DNA of 11,636 nt, from NCBI GenBank assembly GCA_043804695.1, contig JAZDIV010000044.1, positions 1 through 11,636 of the forward strand, read 5' to 3'. This document shows, in pieces, positions 1 through 6,986 of the stretch. The notes below the pieces were generated by a model. The model saw only the letters and a program-made list of their open reading frames with translations. It was not told the origin of the DNA and made no database searches. A program made the translations under genes and the position numbers. The first letter of the stretch is position 1. Every line of letters starts with the position of its first letter. This DNA comes from PVC group bacterium. GTDB lineage: Bacteria; Auribacterota; Erginobacteria; Erginobacterales; Erginobacteraceae.

Positions 1-1178
1 CTTTGTTTCCAGGGGGGGTGTTGTGAAAGATAGCGGCTGATTTCCCGGGCGGCCAGCTCCGAGCCCTGAACGGTAAAATGGCAGTCGTCGTAAAAGACAT
101 CGGTGGTGCGGGGGAAGCCGGCGGCCAGGTCGATGCACTCGACGCCCCGCCACCGGCAGAAACTGACCAGGAACTGATTGTATCTCTCCAGGCCGTCCGC
201 GAGCGCCCGGGCTGTATAGTAGGGCTGCCCCCGGCTCGTTTTGAACGGTCCCACCCCGCCCATCCAGAGCCGGTTTTCTTCCTCGGGGGACGGATCTTTC
301 TTCCAGAGCGCGGGCTGGGTGACGAAGATGAGCCGGACGTCTTTTATGGAGGCGAGGTCGATCAGTTCCTGGATGTTGGAAAGATACTCCCGCAGTGCCG
401 GCCCCAGGTCCGGGAGCCGGTCGATCCGGATAGCGGAACTCCGGCGGTTCTCGCGCCAGAGAGCGACCATTTCTCCCCGGGCATCCTGGGGGCGCTCGGA
501 GAAGAATCGTCTCCCGATCCGTTTGGCCACCCGCCAGAGGCCGGTCCTTTTATATAAAGGAGGAGGGGGGAGGGAAAACTGATAGGGGACGAAAAGGAAA
601 GCGTGATCGAGCTGACGGGTCTCCGCTCCCGGTTGTTTCAGGTAGAGGGGATCGAAGGTATCCCCCTGGCGGAGCCTGAGCAGAAGATCGTTGACTCCGA
701 GCAGAATGATGACGGCATCGACGTCGAGGGGGGACCGGAGGGGGAGGTATTTCAGATGGCAGATGTGATCCCGGCTGTTCATCCCGCTCCGTCCGCCGTT
801 GCCGACCCAGGCCTGCAGCCGGGGCTGCTCCTGCTGCAGGTTGGAGAGGATCAACCGGGGCCAGGTGGCTCTCTCATCGAGATAGAGGCACTCGGCAGCG
901 CTTCCTCCCAGAACCAGGGCCCGGTAGTCGTCGTTGGGGGCCGGATTGTAGCTTCTCAGTCCGTAGGAGTTGGTCCGAAACCAGACCCGGGGGCTGGTCC
1001 CCGGCAGGATCTCCTGGTCCGGGGTAAACGTTTTCTCCAGGCCGGGCGGCCAGATATAGAAGTTGTCGGAAGGGGGTATCAGGTGAGAGGCAAACAACTC
1101 AAGCAGGAGGATGGCGATCAGGACAATGATGATCAGCATGGATGTCTTGAGCACCCGCAGTTTGGCGGCGATCTGCAT
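1..1178 (-). CDS. SGNH/GDSL-family hydrolase (esterase/acyltransferase) with N-terminal membrane anchor; 3' end runs off the window
   Basis: Manual translation from ATG (cat at 1176-1178): MQIAAKLRVLKTSMLIIIVLIAILLLELFASH...; open to position 1 (about 392 codons). SGNH blocks are in order: VLGGSAAEC (I), NGGRSG (II), LLGVND (III), FYDDCHF (V). The + ORFs 78..557 and 603..1271 are its antisense shadows. Confidence 0.88.
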   Translation of the reverse strand, partial: MQIAAKLRVLKTSMLIIIVLIAILLLELFASHLIPPSDNFYIWPPGLEKTFTPDQEILPGTSPRVWFRTNSYGLRSYNPAPNDDYRALVLGGSAAECLYLDERATWPRLILSNLQQEQPRLQAWVGNGGRSGMNSRDHICHLKYLPLRSPLDVDAVIILLGVNDLLLRLRQGDTFDPLYLKQPGAETRQLDHAFLFVPYQFSLPPPPLYKRTGLWRVAKRIGRRFFSERPQDARGEMVALWRENRRSSAIRIDRLPDLGPALREYLSNIQELIDLASIKDVRLIFVTQPALWKKDPSPEEENRLWMGGVGPFKTSRGQPYYTARALADGLERYNQFLVSFCRWRGVECIDLAAGFPRTTDVFYDDCHFTVQGSELAAREISRYLSQHPPWKQ

Positions 1179-1223
1179 GATAATTTTTGCTCCGCAAAAA
1201 TACCACGACAACCGGGATGCAGC

Positions 1224-1252
1224 AGGCTAACTGCATTAATTCCTGTTGTCAA
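1224..1252 (-). promoter_or_regulatory. Putative sigma70 promoter for the SGNH gene
   Basis: Minus strand reads TTGACA (1252-1247), 17-nt spacer, TAGCCT (1229-1224). Perfect -35 and TA...T -10, about 45 nt upstream of the ATG. Confidence 0.5.
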
Positions 1253-1274
1253 GCAGGGCTTTTTTCACTAAGGT
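1246..1274 (+). promoter_or_regulatory. Putative sigma70 promoter for the waaA operon
   Basis: TTGTCA (1246-1251), 17-nt spacer, TAAGGT (1269-1274). Its -35 overlaps the opposite-strand -35. Confidence 0.35.
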
Positions 1275-1324
1275 CATATGCATGAACTCCAAATGTACTG
1301 CATCAGAATTTTCAATAATTATGA

Positions 1325-1414
1325 GCCACCAAGGCACTAAGTCACCAAGAAAAAAGAAGAATGTGTAAAATAAACATGCTTTGGTTCTCCTAAGTGTCTT
1401 GGTGTCTTAGTGGC
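1325..1414. repeat. MITE-like inverted repeat built from 8-bp CACYAAGN tandem units
   Basis: Left arm GCCACCAAGGCACTAAGTCACCAAG (1325-1349). Reverse complement of the right arm (1390-1414) is GCCACTAAGACACCAAGACACTTAG, 19/25 identical. Three octamers per arm around a 40-bp AT-rich spacer. Confidence 0.8.
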
Positions 1415-1421
1415 ATAAGGT

Positions 1422-2717
1422 ATGTATTATCTGATATATAATTACCTGTTTTTTATCGGGCTGCTGCTGGGGCTCCCGTTTTTATTGTTCCGGATGGCGA
1501 CGGCCCGGCGATTCCGCGCCGGTCTCGGCGAGCGGCTCGGGTTTTACGGATCCCGGAGAAAACAGCTGTTCGGCCGGAGATCGGTCTGGATCCAGGCGGC
1601 TTCGGTGGGAGAGGTGACCGCCGTCATCCCCCTGATCGATCTCCTCGGAGAGGAATTTCCCGGGGACGCCATTGTTCTCACCTGCCAGACGGCGGCCGGC
1701 CGAGCCGTTGCCCGGGAAAAGCTGGGGCCGCGGGCGGTGGTCCTCCTCTCGCCCCTCGACCTGGGGTGCATCATCCAAGAGCTGATCCGTCTGATTTCTC
1801 CCCGTATTTTGATCCTGGTTGAAACCGAGATCTGGCCCGGGATGCTCATGACCGCCCGGAAGAACGGCGTCCCGGTCGCCGTCGTCAACGGGAGAATTTC
1901 CGCCGCGTCGTTTCGGGGTTACCGGCGGATCGGCCCCCTGGTCCGGCCGCTGCTGGCGATGATCTCCTCCTTCGGCATGAGGTCCGCCGAAGACGCCGCG
2001 CGGATCACGGAACTGGGCGCCCCTCCCGCCCGGGTCAGGGTGACCGGGAACATCAAATTTGACTCCCTCCCCGCACCCGATCTGCCCCCCGGGATGCGCC
2101 AGGCACTGGAACGGCGCCTCAACCGGCACGGAGACGAACCGCTGATCATCGGGGGGTCCACGTTCGAGGGGGAGGACGCGATCCTGTATGAGGCGTATCG
2201 CCGGCTCCGGCCCCGATTCCCGGGATTGCGGCTGATCCTGGCTCCGCGTCATCTGGAGCGGGTCCCCGGGGTTGTATCCTTCCTCCGTTCCCGGGGAGCG
2301 GACTGCGCTCTTTTCTCCCGGCTCCCGGCCGGGGGAGGAGGCGGAAAAACGGATGTTGTGGTTCTCGATCAGATGGGTGTATTATCAGAACTCTACGGCT
2401 TGGCCGCCCTTGTCTTCATCGGCAGGAGCCTGCGCGGCGGCGGCGGGCAGAACCCGATCGAGCCGGCCGCCTTGAGCAAGCCGATACTCTTTGGCCCCCA
2501 GATGGACAATTTCCGGGAGATAGCCGATAATCTTATCTCTGCCGGCGGTGCGGTCCTGGTGGAAGATGAGAACGCGTTGCCGGTGCAGATGGCCTCCCTT
2601 CTTTCCGATTCCGCTAGACGGGAGCGGATGGGGGTAAATGCCCGCCGGGTCGTGGAGAGCTGCGGGGGAGCCAGCACGAAGAACCTGGAACTGATATCCC
2701 GGATTATTAATGATTAG
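1422..2717 (+). CDS. waaA: 3-deoxy-D-manno-octulosonic acid (Kdo) transferase, GT30
   Basis: 431 aa with N-terminal TM helix; motifs WIQAASVGE, ETEIWPG, NGRIS, TGNIKFD, LAPRHLER, GGQNPIEPA, FGPQMDNF. Confidence 0.96.
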   Translation: MYYLIYNYLFFIGLLLGLPFLLFRMATARRFRAGLGERLGFYGSRRKQLFGRRSVWIQAASVGEVTAVIPLIDLLGEEFPGDAIVLTCQTAAGRAVAREKLGPRAVVLLSPLDLGCIIQELIRLISPRILILVETEIWPGMLMTARKNGVPVAVVNGRISAASFRGYRRIGPLVRPLLAMISSFGMRSAEDAARITELGAPPARVRVTGNIKFDSLPAPDLPPGMRQALERRLNRHGDEPLIIGGSTFEGEDAILYEAYRRLRPRFPGLRLILAPRHLERVPGVVSFLRSRGADCALFSRLPAGGGGGKTDVVVLDQMGVLSELYGLAALVFIGRSLRGGGGQNPIEPAALSKPILFGPQMDNFREIADNLISAGGAVLVEDENALPVQMASLLSDSARRERMGVNARRVVESCGGASTKNLELISRIIND

Positions 2718-2836
2718 TTTCTGCTTTATGATAACCAAAGATTACCGTTGTGGCGTGAACAGTTGGTCTTGAACCGTACCTCTGACCGTTTCCCATCTAT
2801 TATATCTATTATATATCTAGCAAGATGTGATTAACC

Positions 2837-2863
2837 TAAATTAGCGCCGCAGGCGCTAATTTA
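2837..2863 (+). repeat. TAAATT-family palindromic element, 27-bp perfect variant
   Basis: TAAATTAGCGCC-GCA-GGCGCTAATTTA: 12-bp perfect stem with c(GCA)g triloop, ending 2 nt before the lpxK ATG. Confidence 0.9.
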
Positions 2864-2865
2864 AT

Positions 2866-4023
2866 ATGAATACCAGAGAAAGAATTGAAAGGTATTATCT
2901 GCGGGTGCTGGCGGGGAGGAAGAGAGGCTTCCCGGTCCGTCTCTTCAAGGGTCTGCTCTGGACGATATCCCTGATCTACCTGGCTGCCATCCAGATCCGG
3001 TTCGTTCTCTATCGTTTCCAGATCGCCAAATCCCGATCGGTTACGGCCTGGGTGATCAGTGTCGGCAATATAACACTGGGAGGAACCGGGAAGACGCCGG
3101 TGGTGGAACGGCTGGCGAAATTCCTCCAGGCACGGGGGAGAAAAGTCGCCGTTATCAGCCGGGGGTACCGGCGCAAAACGGGTCCGCGCTGGCGGCGGCT
3201 GCGAGAAAAGATGCTGGGCGCCCCGACCACCCGGGTGGTTTCCGACGGGCAGAGCATCCTCCTTAATTCACAGGTAGCCGGCGATGAGCCCTACATGCTG
3301 GCAATCAATCTCACGGGGGTGCCGGTTCTGATTAACCGGAACCGGGTCAAAGCGGCCTTATACGCGATCCGGAGGCTGAAAGTCGACACCCTGATCCTGG
3401 ATGACGGGTATCAGTATCTCGGTTTGAGAAGAGATCTGAATATTGTGCTCATCGACGCCGAGCGCCCTTTCGGCAATGAGCATCTTTTCCCCCGGGGGAT
3501 GCTCCGGGAGCCGCTGCGCAACCTGGCCCGGGCCGATTTGATCCTGATCACGAAAGCCGTTGCGGGCGGGCAGGAGGAACTGAAGAAGGAGTTGCGGCGG
3601 TATAATCAGCGGGCGGAGATACTGGAGTGCCGCCATAACCCGGTCTATCTCTATGACGTCCGGACCTCCCTGAAGACATCGCTGGATTTTGTCCGCGGGA
3701 CCCGGACCGCCACTCTGGCCGGGATCGCCCAGCCCGAGGGATTCGAACGGATGCTCTCCGGCCTGGGCGCCGCCGTCATCTTCTCCCGGCGGTTTGTGGA
3801 CCATCATTTCTACAGCCAGCAGGAGCTGATCGACATCCTCAACAAGGCCCAGCGAAGAGGGGCGGAGATCCTGGTCACGACCGAAAAAGACGCCGTCCGT
3901 TTCCCGCGTCTCCCCCCCGGGACTATCCCGGTCCTGGCGATGCGGGTCAGGATCGACAGCGTCGCTGAAGGGGACAATTTCGACACCGAGCTTCTCCGCT
4001 TCCTGCGGGAGAGAAACCAATAA
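2866..4023 (+). CDS. lpxK: Tetraacyldisaccharide (lipid A) 4'-kinase
   Basis: 385 aa; VISVGNITLGGTGKTP P-loop, ISRGY, GDEP, LDDGYQ, PRGMLREP, AGIAQP, FVDHH, TTEKDAVR. Confidence 0.97.
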   Translation: MNTRERIERYYLRVLAGRKRGFPVRLFKGLLWTISLIYLAAIQIRFVLYRFQIAKSRSVTAWVISVGNITLGGTGKTPVVERLAKFLQARGRKVAVISRGYRRKTGPRWRRLREKMLGAPTTRVVSDGQSILLNSQVAGDEPYMLAINLTGVPVLINRNRVKAALYAIRRLKVDTLILDDGYQYLGLRRDLNIVLIDAERPFGNEHLFPRGMLREPLRNLARADLILITKAVAGGQEELKKELRRYNQRAEILECRHNPVYLYDVRTSLKTSLDFVRGTRTATLAGIAQPEGFERMLSGLGAAVIFSRRFVDHHFYSQQELIDILNKAQRRGAEILVTTEKDAVRFPRLPPGTIPVLAMRVRIDSVAEGDNFDTELLRFLRERNQ

Positions 4024-4052
4024 TAAATTAGCTCGCTGCGCTCGCAAATTTA
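4024..4052 (-). repeat. TAAATT-family 29-bp element, inverted copy
   Basis: 4023-4053 is the exact reverse complement of 6956-6986 (31 bp). The element starts right after the lpxK TAA. Confidence 0.95.
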
Positions 4053-4108
4053 TGTGAGCCCTCCCGATTGAATCAATCAGGGGGACGGATGTTGGTAAAA
4101 TTCCGAAG

Positions 4109-4966
4109 ATGTTCTCATACTGGTCATTGCTGCTCCTGGGTGGATGTGTCTCTCTGCTGCCAACGCGGGCGGCCCGTTTCCTGGGGCGTTTTCTGGGAGG
4201 AACCGCGTTCTATCTCGACTTCCGGCATCGCTCCATCGCTCTTGATAACCTGCGCCGCGCTTTCCCGGGCAGGCCGGAAAGTGAACTGCGCCGCCTGGCG
4301 CGCCGTTCCTTCAGCCAGCTGGGGTTCAATTTGATTGAGCTGCTCCGGGTTCCGACATTCTTCCGACCGGGCTGGCAGAACAACTTTACCGTTCAAGGTG
4401 ATGAGCATGTCCGGAGGGCGTTGGAACGGGGGAAGGGGATCGTCTTTGTTCTGGCGCATTTCGGCAACTGGGAGTATCTCGGTTTCATGCCCCGCCTCCT
4501 CTCTTTCCGGGGAGGAGCGGTGGGACAGAAGATCAAGAACCCGGCCATTGACGGGATGATCAAAGACAGACGCGAGCTGATCGGCCTGGAGCTCTTCTCG
4601 AAACGGGAGGTGGCCGCTTCAATCGCCGGATATCTCGCCCGGAACGGAGCGGTGGCCATCCTGGCGGATCAGCGGGCCCGGCGAATGAGCGTGGAGGTCG
4701 AGTTCTTCGGGCGTCCCGCGCCGACCACGGCGGCACCAGCGATCCTGGCCCTGAAAACCGGGGCCGCCCTGATCCCGGTATTTATTTATTCCGAGAACCG
4801 GGGCCGGTATCGGGCGGTTTTTCAGCGGGAAGTCGAGGCGGTCTCCCCTCTTTGCTTGAAAAAGGCGGTGGAGGAGCTGACCCGGCGGTTTACCGCGGTT
4901 TTTGAGGAAAAAATCCGCGAACGGCCCGATCTCTGGTTCTGGGTGCACCGGCGGTGGGAGAAATAG
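4109..4966 (+). CDS. lpxL: Lipid A late acyltransferase (LpxL/HtrB family)
   Basis: 285 aa; catalytic HFGNWE (H-x4-E), ILADQ, FFGRPA, C-terminal WFWVHRRW. Acyl-chain specificity cannot be read from the sequence. Confidence 0.9.
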   Translation: MFSYWSLLLLGGCVSLLPTRAARFLGRFLGGTAFYLDFRHRSIALDNLRRAFPGRPESELRRLARRSFSQLGFNLIELLRVPTFFRPGWQNNFTVQGDEHVRRALERGKGIVFVLAHFGNWEYLGFMPRLLSFRGGAVGQKIKNPAIDGMIKDRRELIGLELFSKREVAASIAGYLARNGAVAILADQRARRMSVEVEFFGRPAPTTAAPAILALKTGAALIPVFIYSENRGRYRAVFQREVEAVSPLCLKKAVEELTRRFTAVFEEKIRERPDLWFWVHRRWEK

Positions 4967-4972
4967 CTATAC

Positions 4973-4998
4973 CCTGCTCGAAAAGGATTTCGAGCAGG
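4973..4998. other. Perfect 11-bp hairpin after the lpxL stop
   Basis: CCTGCTCGAAA-AGGA-TTTCGAGCAGG. No U-tract on either strand, so not a classic intrinsic terminator. Confidence 0.75.
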
Positions 4999-5155
4999 AA
5001 ATCCTAAATCCTAATATCGAAATTCTAAATAAATCCAAAATCCAAATGACCAATTATTCACATGTCGCGGTGCTTGGCGAAATTGTTTAAAATTTATGAT
5101 TTTGAATTTGAAATTTGTGATTTGTTTGTTATTTGGGATTTGGAATTTGTCATTT
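4999..5155. repeat. Inverted pair of degenerate 7-bp (AAATCCN-like) tandem arrays
   Basis: Left arm: AAATCCT AAATCCT AATATCG AAATTCT AAAT AAATCCA AAATCCA AATGACC. Right arm reverse complement: AAATGAC AAATTCC AAATCCC AAATAAC AAAC AAATCAC AAATTTC AAATTCA. Same 7-7-7-7-4-7-7-7 register. Confidence 0.85.
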
Positions 5156-5205
5156 AGTCGTATCGGACAGCGTTTATATCCATAATTAACGTCTGTCTAC
5201 AGAAG

Positions 5206-6246
5206 ATGCCAGATATCCATAATATCTTGATCCGGTCGCCGAACTGGGTGGGCGATACTATCTTCGCTCTCCCCGCGGTGAGACGATTGCGGGAGACTTT
5301 CCCGGCGGCCCGTCTCAGTATCCTGGCGGCCGGCAGCCTGGCTCCCCTCTGGGAGCTGGCCGGGGAGTTCGACGAGATCATCGCCTGCGATCTGAAAGGC
5401 GGCCGGCGGGACCTGGCGCGGAAATTCGCTTTGATCCGGATGCTCCGCTCCCGGCGGTTCGACCTGGCGGTGATCCTTCCCCGTTCTTTTGAATCCGCTC
5501 TCTGGATGTTCCTGGCCGGCATCCCCGCCCGCTGGGGATACGCCGAGGAAGGACGGTCGTTTCTTCTCACCCGGGCGAGCCGGTCGCCTAGGGGCTACCG
5601 CCGCACGCACCGGAGCGATTATTATTATCATCTCATAGATCACGCCGCGGGCGATGAACCGGCCCCGCCGGGGCGCCTGAAAATCTCCCCGCCGCTCCTG
5701 GCCCGGGCCCGGGAACTGGTCCGACGGGAAGGCGGTGGCGGCGCGGAGCGGCACCTGGCGGGATTTCACCCCCGGGCCAGTTACGGCCCGGCCAAGTGCT
5801 GGCCGCTGAAAAAGTTCATTCGCCTGGCCGACCGGCTGGTTCATGAAAGGGGGATGGCTGTTCTTCTGTTCGGGTCCGGGAAGGAAAAAAAAATGCTGCA
5901 GGCCATCGCCGACGGGGTCGGCGGAGGGGCGATCAACCTGGCGGGGCGGACGGATCTGAAAGAGCTGGCCGCCCTGATCACGCTCTGCCGGTTTTTTGTC
6001 GCCAACGACTCCGGACCGCTCCACCTGGCGGCCGCTCTCGGTGTGCCGGTCATCGGCCTTTACGGTTCGACCGACCCGGCGGCGACCGGGCCGCGGGGGG
6101 ACAAGGCCCGGATTATTTATAAAGCCGCCGCCTGCAGTCCCTGCCTGAAACGCACCTGCCCGGTTGATTTTGCCTGCATGGGAAAAATAACTCCGCAAGA
6201 AGTGCTGGCGGAGATCGATTCCCTGCTTGCCAACCCGGAGTATTAA
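5206..6246 (+). CDS. waaF: ADP-heptose:LPS heptosyltransferase II, GT9
   Basis: 346 aa; RSPNWVGD, FDLAVILPRSFESA, SYGPAKCWP, NLAGRTDL, NDSGPLHLAAA, YGSTDP, C-terminal CSPC. Confidence 0.9.
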   Translation: MPDIHNILIRSPNWVGDTIFALPAVRRLRETFPAARLSILAAGSLAPLWELAGEFDEIIACDLKGGRRDLARKFALIRMLRSRRFDLAVILPRSFESALWMFLAGIPARWGYAEEGRSFLLTRASRSPRGYRRTHRSDYYYHLIDHAAGDEPAPPGRLKISPPLLARARELVRREGGGGAERHLAGFHPRASYGPAKCWPLKKFIRLADRLVHERGMAVLLFGSGKEKKMLQAIADGVGGGAINLAGRTDLKELAALITLCRFFVANDSGPLHLAAALGVPVIGLYGSTDPAATGPRGDKARIIYKAAACSPCLKRTCPVDFACMGKITPQEVLAEIDSLLANPEY

Positions 6247-6278
6247 CCGATCTACATAACCACTACCAGGGCAACTTA

Positions 6279-6307
6279 TAAATTTACGACCGAAGGGAGA
6301 AAATTTA
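6279..6307 (+). repeat. TAAATT-family 29-bp element, divergent variant
   Basis: TAAATTT-A-C-GA-CC-GAA-GG-GA-G-A-AAATTTA. Same length and ends as the consensus, tandem GA/GA and GNA loop retained; ends 2 nt before the ATG at 6310. Confidence 0.8.
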
Positions 6308-6309
6308 CA

Positions 6310-6738
6310 ATGGAAATTGAGACATTCGTCCTCTGTGACGCGGCGACCGACTACCGGGGGAAGTTGAATATTCTGGGGACTTTCGACACCATCTGGGCCG
6401 CCGGCCTGCCGGTGGTCTGGCCGCACTGCGCTCTTGCTCTCCGGGTGCGCTTCACGCGGATCGAAGCCGGCGAGCATCGGGTGCGGATTAATTTCATGGA
6501 TGGGGACGGGCGGGCGGTCCTGCCTCCCCTGGACGGGGCGGTTCAGGTGACGTTTGCTCCGGGGGCCTCGACGATGGCTGCCAACCTGATCCTGAATATG
6601 GAGCGGATCCGGCTGGAGCGGCCGGGAGAACATGCCATTACGCTGGCAATCGACGGGCGGCAGGAGCGGTCCCTGCCGCTCTACCTCCGCTTGCGGGAAG
6701 AAGAATCCGCGCCCGAGGAAAAGGGCGGAGCAAGCTAA
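6310..6738 (+). CDS. Uncharacterised small beta-rich protein, DUF6941-like
   Basis: 142 aa; LCDAATDYRGKLNILGTFD start and PGEHAITLAIDG end, which I recognise from memory as DUF6941-like. SD-like AAGGGAG at 6293-6299. Confidence 0.8.
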   Translation: MEIETFVLCDAATDYRGKLNILGTFDTIWAAGLPVVWPHCALALRVRFTRIEAGEHRVRINFMDGDGRAVLPPLDGAVQVTFAPGASTMAANLILNMERIRLERPGEHAITLAIDGRQERSLPLYLRLREEESAPEEKGGAS

Positions 6739-6778
6739 TTGGTGCCGCTTCGGGATTCTAGAAAGATAAATCCAATAG

Positions 6779-6956
6779 TGTAGGATCGTCCTTTCGCTTC
6801 GCTTCAGGACTTGTAGGATTAGAATGCCTTCGGCATTCTTTGCCGTAATTGTAGGATCGCTTCGCTGGCAGTTCGGCAAGCCTTGCCGAAGGCAAGGCGA
6901 TACTACATTTACTACATCTACTGCAAGTCCTGAACGGAGTGAAGGACGATCCTACA
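6779..6956. mobile_element. Nested GTAG-type REP/REPIN-like palindrome cluster (non-autonomous)
   Basis: Outer inverted arms 6779-6816 and 6921-6956 share TGTAGGATCGTCCTT (15/15) and TTCAGGACTTGYAG. Inner arms are TGTAGGATCGC (6850-6860) and GCGATACTACA (6897-6907). Perfect hairpins at 6821-6839 and 6880-6898. The repeat is directly seen; mobility is inferred. Confidence 0.7.
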
Positions 6957-6985
6957 TAAATTTGCGAGCGCAGCGAGCTAATTTA
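6957..6985 (+). repeat. TAAATT-family 29-bp element (consensus copy)
   Basis: TAAATTTGCGAGCGCAGCGAGCTAATTTA, abutting the REP cluster and ending 1 nt before the ATG at 6987. Confidence 0.95.
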
Positions 6986-6986
6986 T

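Noticed and set aside
78..1271. + strand ORFs 78..557, 241..582 and 603..1271
   Set aside because: Antisense shadows of the minus-strand SGNH gene, with no recognisable motifs.
1588..1614. WaaA WIQAASVGE (Gln for the usual His) as a sign of inactivation
   Set aside because: The frame and all other motifs are intact; most likely natural variation.
2795..2812. ATCTATTAT x2 tandem duplication, possible excision footprint
   Set aside because: Low-complexity AT sequence; slippage or chance is sufficient.
4902..5090. 62-aa ORF across the heptamer array
   Set aside because: It is a translation of the repeat (ILNPNIEILNKSKIQ) and overlaps the end of lpxL.
5197..6879. 560-aa minus-strand ORF and other long antisense or alternative-frame ORFs (1482..2252, 3358..4047, 6824..7954, 8056..8895, 8442..8981)
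   Set aside because: They overlap well-supported genes, are low in information (Pro/Arg/Gly-rich), and are expected from stop-codon scarcity in high-GC coding DNA.
6248..6986. Integron attC sites around the DUF6941-like gene
   Set aside because: No RYYYAAC...GTTRRRY bounded palindrome of attC architecture, and no integrase in the window.
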